Shown here piece after piece: positions 37,320 to 47,313 of a DNA stretch of 50,780 nucleotides. Within the stretch, counting starts at the first letter, position 1. Every line of letters begins with the position of its first letter. The notes beneath the pieces are model-generated. The model was not told the DNA's origin and ran no database searches. It saw nothing but the letters and a program-made list of their open reading frames with translations. This DNA comes from Nanobdellota archaeon (GTDB lineage Archaea > Nanobdellota > Nanobdellia > Woesearchaeales > SM23-78), in assembly GCA_018819305.1 (NCBI GenBank), contig JAHJQO010000006.1:1-50780 (forward strand). The letters are read 5' to 3'. A program made the translations under genes and the position numbers.

Positions 37320-37696
37320 GTTTTATCAGGTACAACAGTATATACGATAAAAAGATCTGAAAGTTTACTTTTGGTCTTCAAGCCAAACTCTTTTAAAACT
37401 TTTTTTATTATTCTTTTATTGGGAGTAAACGTATAAGAAGGTGTTCCTGCAATAGTTATAAAATCACGAAAAGCATTCTCTAAACTTTCCTTGTTTTTGC
37501 TATGCAAAAAAACGTCCCTTGGATGTCTGGAAAAATTAATTGAAACATCATCATATTTCTTTTCTAAAGCATAGTAAGCATGCCCTATTTGAGTTAATAT
37601 ATGAATATCTTTATCAAAATGAGAATGCGTAATATTATCCTGTTCTTCAAGAACAATATCATTAAGATCGTATCTAAACCATATTTCTTTTGACAT
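37316..37696 (-). CDS. Hypothetical protein
   Basis: 126-aa ORF with ATG; no recognised motif. Confidence 0.55.
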   Translation of the reverse strand: MSKEIWFRYDLNDIVLEEQDNITHSHFDKDIHILTQIGHAYYALEKKYDDVSINFSRHPRDVFLHSKNKESLENAFRDFITIAGTPSYTFTPNKRIIKKVLKEFGLKTKSKLSDLFIVYTVVPDKT

Positions 37697-37743
37697 AAAA
37701 AAATGGAAAGAAAAAACAATATAAAAATGTTTCTATTCTCAAG

Positions 37744-38073
37744 TCAGAATTCATCCATTTCTTCAAGCTTATCTAAATGGCCGTTTTTTCTCAGCCAATC
37801 AACTTGTAGAGGTCTGTATTTGTAAATGATGTCTCCTTTTGCGTCTCCGCCATACTCCCATGGCTCAACAAGAACAATATCTCCTTCTCTTACCCAAAGT
37901 CTTCTCTTGAGCCTGCCTGGAATCCTGCAAATTCTGGTCTTGCCATCAAGACATCTGACTTCGCACCTGCTTCCGCCAAGTCTTCTGTTTAGAATCCCAA
38001 GAGATTCTTCATTTCTGGGAAGTCTTACTCTTACAACTTCGTCTTCCACAGGCGGTTTTCTATATTTAGCCAT
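37744..38073 (-). CDS. eif1a: Translation initiation factor aIF-1A
   Basis: [42 protein letters not shown]. Confidence 0.96.
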   Translation of the reverse strand: MAKYRKPPVEDEVVRVRLPRNEESLGILNRRLGGSRCEVRCLDGKTRICRIPGRLKRRLWVREGDIVLVEPWEYGGDAKGDIIYKYRPLQVDWLRKNGHLDKLEEMDEF

Positions 38074-38282
38074 TTAAAACCAGAACGAATTGAGACTTTA
38101 TATATATTGCTATTATATAATGTTATTCTTGTTGTTATTCGGGTCATTTTCAATAAAATTTAAAAATAAAAAAAACTAGTGCTACTGCAAAGAATGCGCA
38201 GAAGCATATTTTAAATTACTTGAATATCCGGATAAGATGAGTCAGAAGATATCAAACAGTTTTCTCTTTGATTCTTTTATCT

Positions 38283-38696
38283 TCACTTTATTTCGTTTGT
38301 TTTGTAGTCTTCAAATTTTCTTCCTCTGACTGTAACCTCAAGACCGTGTTCTTGCATCTTCTCCGCTATTTCTAATGCCCTTTTTGTTCCTGCATCAATC
38401 AATACATTTTTTTTGGTTTCTAAAGAAGCATATTTTGCTTCAAGATGACCCATTACACTTTCATCAGATTTGTACTCCTCGTAACCATCAGAACATATGT
38501 AACTCTTTAAGGTCGGATCAAGAGAGATTACATAACTCATATACCAGGGATAAAAATGAACTTCCACATCTACTTCTTTGATTCCTTTCCTCTTGTACTG
38601 ACAGATGAATTCATTCAATGTATCGGCAGATTTGAATAGTTTATACCAACGGCTCAATTTCAGCCCATCGCAATTTGTTTTGTTTCTTTTTTTCAT
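38283..38696 (-). CDS. Hypothetical protein
   Basis: 137-aa ORF with AAGGAG SD. Confidence 0.6.
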   Translation of the reverse strand: MKKRNKTNCDGLKLSRWYKLFKSADTLNEFICQYKRKGIKEVDVEVHFYPWYMSYVISLDPTLKSYICSDGYEEYKSDESVMGHLEAKYASLETKKNVLIDAGTKRALEIAEKMQEHGLEVTVRGRKFEDYKTNEIK

Positions 38697-38815
38697 TTTT
38701 TCTCATCTCCTTAGTTTAATAACCACTTAATAGTAGTTAACATATATATTATTTTTAAGTAATTTTCTTACTTATTTAAGAAAGCTTTAAATAGAACAAA
38801 GCTAAAGAAAAATAT

Positions 38816-39550
38816 GTGGACTACAACAACACCTTGCAGGAAATAGGTTTCAAGCAAATAGAAGCAGAAATATATATTTATCTTCTGAAAAAAGGCTCTT
38901 CTTCACAGCAAAGAGTATCAGATGACACAGGAATTCTAAGGCAAACAGTCTATGACATGATGAACAAGATGGAACGAAAAGGTCAAATATCTGCATCAAA
39001 AAGAGGAAAGAGGAAAATATACTCTGCTGTAGATCCAAAAATATTATTAAGCAGACTAAAGGAAAAAGAAGAAAGCTTTTTGCAAATCCTGCCTGATTTA
39101 GAAAAAATAAAATCAATGAAAAAACCAGAGATTTTCAGTGAATCATTCATAGGAATCCCAGGGCTCAAAAACTTATTCAATCTTACTCTTCTTTCAAAAA
39201 CAGAAATACTCTGGCTGGCAAATATTAAACAACACATAAATCTTTTCAAAGATTATTACTGGCAAAACTATGCACTTAAAAGAGCAGAAAAAAAGATTCC
39301 TATAAAACTAATGATTGATTCAAAAACAAAGCTAAAAACATGGAGCACAAACAAAAAACTGCAAAGATATGCTAAGCAAAGCGATTTTGTTAATAATATT
39401 AACTCATCATTTGCAGTGTTTGACGATAAAATAATAATATATTCATTAGATCAAGACCAACCCTATGGTGTTTTCATACAAAACCCCACATTAAAAAATA
39501 TGTTTGAACAAATATTCATGCATCACTGGAATAATGCAAAAGAATTCTAA
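38816..39550 (+). CDS. TrmB family transcriptional regulator
   Basis: LQEIGF..EAEIYIYLLKKG..RQTVYD..YSAVDP wHTH; C-terminal FAVFDDKI..FEQIFMHHWNNA; GTG start. Confidence 0.88.
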   Translation: MDYNNTLQEIGFKQIEAEIYIYLLKKGSSSQQRVSDDTGILRQTVYDMMNKMERKGQISASKRGKRKIYSAVDPKILLSRLKEKEESFLQILPDLEKIKSMKKPEIFSESFIGIPGLKNLFNLTLLSKTEILWLANIKQHINLFKDYYWQNYALKRAEKKIPIKLMIDSKTKLKTWSTNKKLQRYAKQSDFVNNINSSFAVFDDKIIIYSLDQDQPYGVFIQNPTLKNMFEQIFMHHWNNAKEF

Positions 39551-41472
39551 ATCATCGGCACATCTCGTTCTGATTTGATTCCATAAACAAACAAATAATT
39601 CCATAAGATGCCGCGTTTCCTTTCTATTTTTACTGAGAAACCTGCTTTTCTAAAAATTGTTCTCAGCATTTCACGGTTTGATATCCATGGCGCATCTGGA
39701 AGGAACTTAAAGAAATTAATATAATCTACAAAGCAGATTCTTCCGCCTTCTGGCAGCAAACGATTCATCTGCAATAGTATTTTCTGATAATCCTGCATAT
39801 AACTCATCATTCCAACACTAAACACTGCATCAATATCCTTGACATCAGGATGAATTCTGTTAACTTGGTGAGGGTCATGAATAACTTCAACATGGCTTAT
39901 AAAATTCTTAGCCAGTCTTTTTTTCAGGATTTTTACATTTCTATGGCTCATGTCAGTAGCGTAGATTTTTCCTCTTGGACCAACTTCTTGTGCAAGATGC
40001 ATGGTTAATGTGCCAACACCCGAGCCATATTCAAGCAAATACTTTCCTTCCATATCCTTAAATAAATCTACTATTTTTTTTCTTATATGCTTTGGCAGGA
40101 GTATGTTTTCCATCCAAAGGGTGAGGCCTGCAAAATAATTTGAAAACCCAACTATTGCATCCGGATTATAAAAGAATATTAACAGCAGATAAATTGGAAT
40201 GCCAAACAGAATAAGTGAAACCATCCTGCCTAAAACTGACAAGGCTCCGCCTTCAAAATATGCCCATACAACAATTACTCCAAGATAAACCAATGAAACA
40301 ATTATCGGACCTATTTTTCCGAAAAAAACTTTGAAAGGTCTCTTAGCATTTGGCATTTTGAATCTGAGAATTGTGACTGAAAGCAGAACAGCAATATAAA
40401 CCAAAAGAGCTGTTGGCGTAAATAAACTAAGCAAAGCTTCATAATTGCCTGCTGTCAACAACAATATAAGGATAGCAACAATTGTCTGAAATATTATGGC
40501 TTTATGAGGAGTTCTTCTTTTTTCATGAACTGCTGCAAGCTGGGCAATGAATAATTTATCACGAGCCATGCCCAAAATAAGTCTTGGAGTTGAAATAATA
40601 ACTCCTGCTGCGGCGCCAATCAAGGACAGCACAATTCCCCAGCTAATTAATCTTGCTCCTCCTGCTCCAAATAATAATGCAGAAACTGATTGTATTGGTG
40701 CTGGCAAGTTTGCCAGTCTTGCCCAGGGAATAAGATTTAATGAAACAGCTGCAACTAAAATTGTAAGAACTCCTGCAATGAGTGTGGAAATAATTAATGC
40801 TCTGGGAATTATTTTTTCAGGGTTCTTGGTTTCTTCTGCTAAAAAAGATGCTTCTTCCCAGCCCATCAGGGCTTCAAGCATAAAAAACATGGCTGCAAAT
40901 ATGAGTATGAACGGTCCTGTGAATAATGGTGTTAAATTGTTAAATTGAAAATCAAAAATACCAGGAACTATGATTGAAACCAATACGCCCATTGTAATTA
41001 ATGCAAATATCATCAAGATAGCAGCACTTGCATCCACTCCCAGAAAAGCAATAAAATTTAGTACAAGAATTATTATTATAGCAACAACAATCTTTAAATC
41101 AATTCCAAAAATAGAGGTCTGAAGAGCAGCTGCAGGAAACAAATAATCCAAAGCAGCTATGATTGTTACTATCATTCCAATTGTAGCCATAAGCCATGTT
41201 ACCCATCCTACAAGAAAAGAAACAAATCTGCCATATGCTTGTTTTGAATACTCATAGACTCCTCCTGCTTTTGGAAACAAAGCTACAAGTTCTCCAAAGC
41301 ATCCAGCTACATAGAGGCTGAGAAGAATAACAAGAACCCATGCAATAAGAACTGCATTGCCCACTCTGGCAGCACCCAGTGATGTTCCAAAGAACATTCC
41401 AGTGCCTACCATTGCTGTTAGCAACAATGCCAGAATGGTCCAAAAGCCAAAACCTCTTTTTAACTCAGCCAT
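39547..41472 (-). CDS. APC-family amino acid permease fused to class I SAM-dependent methyltransferase domain
   Basis: ELKRGFG..VGTGMF, ELVALFPKAGGVYEY, LAEETKNPEKIIPRA, ~12 TM; then LLEYGSGVGTLT..VGPRGKIYATDMS. Confidence 0.85.
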   Translation of the reverse strand: MAELKRGFGFWTILALLLTAMVGTGMFFGTSLGAARVGNAVLIAWVLVILLSLYVAGCFGELVALFPKAGGVYEYSKQAYGRFVSFLVGWVTWLMATIGMIVTIIAALDYLFPAAALQTSIFGIDLKIVVAIIIILVLNFIAFLGVDASAAILMIFALITMGVLVSIIVPGIFDFQFNNLTPLFTGPFILIFAAMFFMLEALMGWEEASFLAEETKNPEKIIPRALIISTLIAGVLTILVAAVSLNLIPWARLANLPAPIQSVSALLFGAGGARLISWGIVLSLIGAAAGVIISTPRLILGMARDKLFIAQLAAVHEKRRTPHKAIIFQTIVAILILLLTAGNYEALLSLFTPTALLVYIAVLLSVTILRFKMPNAKRPFKVFFGKIGPIIVSLVYLGVIVVWAYFEGGALSVLGRMVSLILFGIPIYLLLIFFYNPDAIVGFSNYFAGLTLWMENILLPKHIRKKIVDLFKDMEGKYLLEYGSGVGTLTMHLAQEVGPRGKIYATDMSHRNVKILKKRLAKNFISHVEVIHDPHQVNRIHPDVKDIDAVFSVGMMSYMQDYQKILLQMNRLLPEGGRICFVDYINFFKFLPDAPWISNREMLRTIFRKAGFSVKIERKRGILWNYLFVYGIKSERDVPMI

Positions 41473-41647
41473 CTAAAATATTGATAATTTAAGGGATATA
41501 TAAATAATTCGGAATAGTTTGAAAAATTTCAGTTTGAATAGATAAACCAAAACATTTATATATAATGATAATAACTTATATAATATTTAAGCATTATACT
41601 GACTTCGAATTAAAAAAACAAAACGAAAAGTTTATATATAAATATAA

Positions 41648-41663
41648 TAAGTTATATAACTTA
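41648..41663. promoter_or_regulatory. Perfect 16-bp palindrome, putative operator of the HTH-fibre operon
   Basis: TAAGTTATATAACTTA between TATA box (41631) and ATG 41680. Confidence 0.5.
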
Positions 41664-41679
41664 GAAAGGTTATAAGAGC

Positions 41680-41865
41680 ATGCTTACAGAAAAAGAAATA
41701 CAAGTTCTAAAACTAAGAGCAGAAGGATTAATACAGATACAAGTAAGCAAAAAACTCAAAATAAGCCAAGCTGCAGTTTCTCATTTTGAAAAAAACGCTC
41801 TGAGAAAAATCAAAGAAGCAGAAGAAACTCTGCAAACAGCTAAAAAACTCAAAATCAAAAAATGA
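41680..41865 (+). CDS. Small Tfx/LuxR/sigma70-region-4-like HTH protein
   Basis: MLTEKEIQVLKLRAEGLIQIQVSKKLKISQAAVSHFEKNALRKI; ATGA overlap with next gene. Confidence 0.85.
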   Translation: MLTEKEIQVLKLRAEGLIQIQVSKKLKISQAAVSHFEKNALRKIKEAEETLQTAKKLKIKK

Positions 41866-43781
41866 AGCAAACAAATAAACAATTTGTTGATCCAGAAAAG
41901 CAAAAAGCTTTTCTGAAGCCTGAAGAAAATATACAAAAATTGGAAGAGACCAGGAAAGAAGTAATTAGGTTTACAAATGAATTAGATGAAAAGCTCAGGA
42001 CCCACCAGATAGACGGAATAGAATACCATGTCTTGGTCGACGAGAAACTTAATGGAAAGCACAAGGAAGAAATTATCAAATACATAGACAACAAAATAAT
42101 AGAAGAAAAAATCAAAATAAAACAGGGAGAACATGAACAAAGAAAAAAGAAAACAGCCCTAACCTTTAGCGCAGCAGCAATCGTGCTTGTCCTGCTTGTC
42201 ATTGTAGGAATTCTTTATACGACACCAGACGCACTCACAGGATTTACAACATTTGATAGAGAAGTGCAGGAAAGCATAGATTATAACAGAGTATTTGACC
42301 ATTACACAGAAACACCACTTAATATTTCCAATGTCACAAGCCTGAAAATAAGCGGAATCTTAGACGGAACAGGCGCAACAGTCAAACTCAGAGTTGGAGA
42401 TATAGAATATCTTATTGCTAACATTATTAATCAGCAAGAAGAAAGCCTGATTACTGGACTTGTTATAGCAGAAGAACCAGAATATGAAATTAATACAGAT
42501 AAAATAGAGTATGCATTAGGAGAAACAGCAACAATAACAATAATACCCGAAGCTGAAAATAAATCAATCTATGTATCTTATGGTGGAGAAACACAAAAAC
42601 TTGAAGGAGACACATATCTGACTGAAAACATTGGAGAGCATCAAGTTGTCGGCATAATAGTATTAACAAATGACATAATAAGATTAGAAACCAACTTCAC
42701 AGTCATTAATCAGACAATAAATGAAACAAACACCACAATACCAGATACAACAAACACGACAAATGAAACAATTTCAGAAGAGACAACCACAGAAATTTAT
42801 ACTTTTGAAGCATTGTGCACAGACACATGCAACCTAAATGAAAACAGCAATCCTGTCTTAATAGTTGAACTGGAAGAAGGAAGCACATTAACAATAACTA
42901 AGATAATAGTAGTTCAAAACAAAGAAAACAATGCACCAGAACAAACACAAACAATACCTGACATAACAATTACAACAACACAAACAGCAACCTTGAATCT
43001 GGATGAATACTTTACAGATGCTGACGGAGACTTAGTAGCCTATGACCTGAATGAGATAGCTGAAATAACTTCAGAATTCGAGCAAGAAGTACTGACAATC
43101 AGTTCAGAGACACCAGGAATATATATTGCATACATCTATGCAACAGACGGAGACAAACTAACAACCAGCAACACCTTCCAAATCACAATTACAGAAGTTG
43201 TAATTGAAGAAACCAACCAGACAAACCAAACCATACCTGAAATAAATCAAACAATTAATGAGACAAATGCAACAGAAACAAACGTTTCTGAACATCCAGC
43301 AGAGCTGAATGAAACTGCACCAGCAGAAGAAATAGTGCTAACAGACCCTTGCAGTAATCCAGATCCAAATTTAAGACCTCCTGAATGTATCGAAGGAAAA
43401 GAAGAAAAATACTTTGTCTTGGAAAATGTGTTTTTAAAAGATAATAATAGAGGAAACAGTGCAAGAATAACTGCTCTGGGTAATATGATAATCAAAGGAG
43501 ATCTAATAGATAATTCAATACTAGACCCTGAAAGAAATGATTTCAAAGTAACTATGACGAATGAAGATTATGAAGATGTTCCTATTGCATGGATAGACTC
43601 AGATAACGGAAACTTACATCTTACAGGAGTACTATATGAAGAAGATTTCTTCCTGACTCCAACACCTAATGCATTTGTAATTCAAAATAAGAGAAATGTA
43701 AACCTGGCATATTTTGACAGAAACACAGGAGACTTGCATATTAAAGGAAACCTGATTCAGCAAAGAGAAACAATAGAATGA
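41862..43781 (+). CDS. Membrane-anchored extracellular protein with cadherin/Ig-like domain
   Basis: Cytoplasmic N-terminus, one TM, LTGF motif, NNAPEQ..LNLDEYFTDADGD..ATDG Ig/cadherin-like unit, NxT-rich linkers, C-terminal GNLHL/GDLHIKG repeats. Confidence 0.7.
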   Translation: MKQTNKQFVDPEKQKAFLKPEENIQKLEETRKEVIRFTNELDEKLRTHQIDGIEYHVLVDEKLNGKHKEEIIKYIDNKIIEEKIKIKQGEHEQRKKKTALTFSAAAIVLVLLVIVGILYTTPDALTGFTTFDREVQESIDYNRVFDHYTETPLNISNVTSLKISGILDGTGATVKLRVGDIEYLIANIINQQEESLITGLVIAEEPEYEINTDKIEYALGETATITIIPEAENKSIYVSYGGETQKLEGDTYLTENIGEHQVVGIIVLTNDIIRLETNFTVINQTINETNTTIPDTTNTTNETISEETTTEIYTFEALCTDTCNLNENSNPVLIVELEEGSTLTITKIIVVQNKENNAPEQTQTIPDITITTTQTATLNLDEYFTDADGDLVAYDLNEIAEITSEFEQEVLTISSETPGIYIAYIYATDGDKLTTSNTFQITITEVVIEETNQTNQTIPEINQTINETNATETNVSEHPAELNETAPAEEIVLTDPCSNPDPNLRPPECIEGKEEKYFVLENVFLKDNNRGNSARITALGNMIIKGDLIDNSILDPERNDFKVTMTNEDYEDVPIAWIDSDNGNLHLTGVLYEEDFFLTPTPNAFVIQNKRNVNLAYFDRNTGDLHIKGNLIQQRETIE

Positions 43782-46700
43782 GAAAAGAAAAAACAACTTG
43801 GAAAAAAGCATTTATGATTTTGATGATGTTAATTATAACACTATCAATTGTAATTGCTGCAAATGATCCTGGCCACGACACATTATATGTTGAGCAAACT
43901 GGTGATTCAGAAATAACAGGTAATCTGAATATAAGCGGCAATCTGAGTGTAGAAGATGTTATTTTTTCAGGAGTAGACCTTGATGTAAGAGGAGATGGAG
44001 TCCAAGCTGCAGGAAGCAATAATCAGATTATTGGAACCAGCAATGCATTATCAATCCAAAGTTTAGGTCACATATATATTAATACATTAACTGGAACAAC
44101 AAGCATGATATATCTTGGTGACGGCGCAGACACAGTTAATCTGAATATTACTGGAGCACTATATATTCAGAGCGGAACAGCGACTATCGGCGGCAGTGCG
44201 ATTTGTTTGGCAAATGGAACTAATTGTCCAAGCGCACTCGGAGGAGCAAACGTAACAGGCCCTGCATCATCAACAGACAATGCAATAGCAAGATGGAATG
44301 GAGCAGGAGGAAATGTATTGCAAAACAGCGCAGTAACAATAGATGATTCAAACAATCTCAGAACAGCAGGCGACATCAATACCTCAGGAGGAGACATCTG
44401 CATAGAAGGAGGACAATGCCTAAGCCAAATGGGAAGCGGAACAGGAACTGTAACAAGCGTAACAGCAGGAGACGGAATGACACAAACAGGAACAGCAACA
44501 ATAAACCCAACACTAAATGTAGTAAGCCACGCAGGAACAGCAGGAAGCATAGGAACAATAAACATAGGAGCAGACGCAATAGGAACAAACCTAGGAACAA
44601 GCAGCACAACAGCATACAGAGGAGACTACGGAAACACAGCATACACCGACAGACTAAAATGGGACGGAGGATCAACCGGACTAACAGCAAGCACAGGAAG
44701 AACAAGCCTAGGAGCCACCACAATCGGAAGCAACCTATTTAATTTAACCAACCCCTCAGCAATAACATTCCTAAGAATAAACGCAGACAACACAGCAGAC
44801 ACACTAAACGCAGCCGACTTCAGAACAGCAATAGGAGCAGGAACAGGAGGAGGAAGCGTAACAAGCGTAGCCATGACAGTACCAACAGGACTAACCATAA
44901 GCGGAAGCCCAATAACAACAAGCGGAACACTAGCACTAAGCCTAACAAGCGGATACACAATACCAACAACAACCAACATAACCAACCTAGGAACAGCATA
45001 CACACACAGCCAAATAGCAGGAGGAGACTCAGTACACGTAAGCACAACAGAAAACACAAACTGGGACACAGCCTACACCCACAGCCAAATAGCAGGAGGA
45101 GACTCAGTCCACGTAAGCACAACAGAAAACACAAACTGGGACACAGCATACACCGACAGACTAAAATGGGACGGAGGTTCAACCGGACTAACAGCAAGCA
45201 CAGGAAGAACAAGCCTAGGAGCCACCACTATCGGAAGCAACCTATTTAATTTAACCAACCCTTCAGCAATAACATTCCTAAGAATAAACGCAGACAACAC
45301 AGCAAGCACACTAAACGCAGCCGACTTCAGAACAGCAATAGGAGCAGGAACAGGAGACGGAAGCGGAAGCGTAACAAGCGTAGCAATGACAGTACCAACA
45401 GGACTAACCATAAGCGGAACACCAATAACAACAAGCGGAACACTAGCACTAAGCCTAACAGCAGGATACACAATACCAACAACAACCAACATAACCAACC
45501 TAGGAACAGCATACACACACAGCCAAATAGCAGGAGGAGACTCAGTCCACGTAAGCACAACAGAAAACACAAACTGGGACACAGCCTACACCGACAGACT
45601 AAAATGGGACGGAGGATCAACCGGACTAACAGCAAGCACAGGAAGAACAAGCCTAGGAGCCACCACTATCGGAAGCAACCTATTTAATTTAACCAACCCC
45701 TCAGCAATAACATTCCTAAGAATAAACGCCAACAACACAGCAGACGCACTAAACGCAGCCGACTTCAGAACAGCAATAGGAGCAGGAACAGGAGGAGGAA
45801 GCGTAACAAGCGTAGCAATGACAGTACCAACAGGACTAAGCATAAGCGGAACACCAATAACAACAAGCGGAACACTAGCACTAAGCCTAACAGCAGGATA
45901 CACAATACCAACAACAACCAACATAACCAACCTAGGAACAGCATACACCCACAGCCAAGCAACAACAAACGTCCACGGACTAACATTCACAGCAGAAGGA
46001 AGCGGAGGAGGTCTAGACGCAGACACACTAGATGGTATGGACAGCTCTGCTTTTGGTGACGCAACAGCAGCAAACCAAAACACAATCATAGGATACATAG
46101 ACACAGAAATAGCAGCAATCCTCGACGACACAGGAACCTCAGGAGTAGTACTAGCAAACGACGCCATAACAGCAGCCAAAATAGCAGCCGACGCCATAGG
46201 AGCATCCGAAGCAGGATTCCTAACAGACAGCATAGGATTCGCAGGAGCAGACATCGCAACCATCAAAGGATACATAGACACAGAAATAGCAGCAATCCTC
46301 GACGACACAGGAACCTCAGGAGTAGTAATAGCAAACGACGCAATAACAGCAGCAAAAATAGCAGCAGATGCAATAGGAGCATCAGAAGCAGGATTCCTAA
46401 CAGACAGCATAGGATTCGCAGGAGCAGACATCGCAACCATCAAAGGATACATAGACACAGAAATAGGTGCTAACACTGACTCTGCTTCAATGAGTAGTAG
46501 TTTGTTTGCTGGACAGCAAGCTATTTATGATAATATTTCAAAATCTCGATCTGAAAGCTTTACTTCAAGCGGCACCTGGAACCAACCTAACGGCGTAACT
46601 CTTGTCTGGGTCACCATGATTGGTGGTGGAGGCGGCGGAGGCGGCGGAGATGGTTGGGGAAACCAAGATGGTGGTGGTGGAGGCGGTGCTGGTATGAAGT

Positions 46701-47296
46701 ACTATCGCTATCCTGTAGAAGTATCAGGTGATGTTACAGTTACTGTTGGTGCTGCAGGTTCTGGTGGAGCAGGAGGTAATGGTGGCGCTTCAATGAACGG
46801 AACTAGTGGTGGAAATACATCTTTTGGTTCACTAGTTGCAGAAGGTGGTAAATTTGGCGGCGGCGTCTGGACTGCTGCAGCAGGTCTGGGTGGTAATGGA
46901 GGCGGATATGGAGGACAGAACCTGGGAGGTGCTGGTGGTACTGGAAACGGTGCCGATCCTATCCACCTAACTAGTTATGCAATTGGTGGTGCGGGTGGTG
47001 GTGGTGGAAGTGAAGCAGGTGATAGTGGTCAGCATGGCGGATCTAACCTTTTTCACACTAAGGGACTGGCAGCAGGTGCACCGACAGGAGGCCTTGGAGG
47101 TGGAGGTGGAGGAGGAGCCTCTGCTATGGGAAACGGAGGTAATGGAGGAGCTGCCACCGGGGGTAATGGTGCTGCAGGAACTGGCTATGGTGCTGGAGGT
47201 GGAGGAGGAGCATATTACCCAGGAGGACAAGCTGGAAATGGTGGAGCCGGAAGTGGTGGTTACATTCTTGTTGAATGGATTGGTCCTGCTAATTAG
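43778..47296 (+). CDS. Secreted repeat-rich fibre/adhesin with tail-fibre-like modules and Gly-rich C-terminal domain
   Basis: Signal peptide, three ~145-aa repeats, 25-aa repeats, two 59-aa repeats, LDADTLDG, then FTSSGTW..VWVTMIGGGGGGG..GGAGSGGYILVEW. Confidence 0.75.
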   Translation: MRKEKTTWKKAFMILMMLIITLSIVIAANDPGHDTLYVEQTGDSEITGNLNISGNLSVEDVIFSGVDLDVRGDGVQAAGSNNQIIGTSNALSIQSLGHIYINTLTGTTSMIYLGDGADTVNLNITGALYIQSGTATIGGSAICLANGTNCPSALGGANVTGPASSTDNAIARWNGAGGNVLQNSAVTIDDSNNLRTAGDINTSGGDICIEGGQCLSQMGSGTGTVTSVTAGDGMTQTGTATINPTLNVVSHAGTAGSIGTINIGADAIGTNLGTSSTTAYRGDYGNTAYTDRLKWDGGSTGLTASTGRTSLGATTIGSNLFNLTNPSAITFLRINADNTADTLNAADFRTAIGAGTGGGSVTSVAMTVPTGLTISGSPITTSGTLALSLTSGYTIPTTTNITNLGTAYTHSQIAGGDSVHVSTTENTNWDTAYTHSQIAGGDSVHVSTTENTNWDTAYTDRLKWDGGSTGLTASTGRTSLGATTIGSNLFNLTNPSAITFLRINADNTASTLNAADFRTAIGAGTGDGSGSVTSVAMTVPTGLTISGTPITTSGTLALSLTAGYTIPTTTNITNLGTAYTHSQIAGGDSVHVSTTENTNWDTAYTDRLKWDGGSTGLTASTGRTSLGATTIGSNLFNLTNPSAITFLRINANNTADALNAADFRTAIGAGTGGGSVTSVAMTVPTGLSISGTPITTSGTLALSLTAGYTIPTTTNITNLGTAYTHSQATTNVHGLTFTAEGSGGGLDADTLDGMDSSAFGDATAANQNTIIGYIDTEIAAILDDTGTSGVVLANDAITAAKIAADAIGASEAGFLTDSIGFAGADIATIKGYIDTEIAAILDDTGTSGVVIANDAITAAKIAADAIGASEAGFLTDSIGFAGADIATIKGYIDTEIGANTDSASMSSSLFAGQQAIYDNISKSRSESFTSSGTWNQPNGVTLVWVTMIGGGGGGGGGDGWGNQDGGGGGGAGMKYYRYPVEVSGDVTVTVGAAGSGGAGGNGGASMNGTSGGNTSFGSLVAEGGKFGGGVWTAAAGLGGNGGGYGGQNLGGAGGTGNGADPIHLTSYAIGGAGGGGGSEAGDSGQHGGSNLFHTKGLAAGAPTGGLGGGGGGGASAMGNGGNGGAATGGNGAAGTGYGAGGGGGAYYPGGQAGNGGAGSGGYILVEWIGPAN
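44636..45958 (+). repeat. Three near-identical ~432-438-bp coding repeats with a nested 75-bp duplication
   Basis: Units start at 44636, 45143 and 45581; 75-bp copies at 44993 and 45068. Confidence 0.92.
46091..46466 (+). repeat. 177-bp (59-aa) coding tandem repeat, 2 copies plus a partial third
   Basis: GGATACATAGACACAGAAATAG at 46091, 46268 and 46445. Confidence 0.92.
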
Positions 47297-47313
47297 ATAT
47301 ACTTTGCAATTGA

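Noticed and set aside
44636-46466. CRISPR array
   Set aside because: Units are 75-438 bp, contiguous and coding, with no unique spacers and no cas genes
44167-46476. Numerous long antisense and alternate-frame ORFs over the fibre gene
   Set aside because: Shadows caused by the strong codon bias and T depletion; low-complexity Leu/Val-rich products
43778-47296. Diversity-generating retroelement target or template (A-rich repeats, variable tip)
   Set aside because: No reverse transcriptase in the window; repeats are in-frame tandem coding units with mostly synonymous differences, not a TR/VR pair with adenine-specific mismatches
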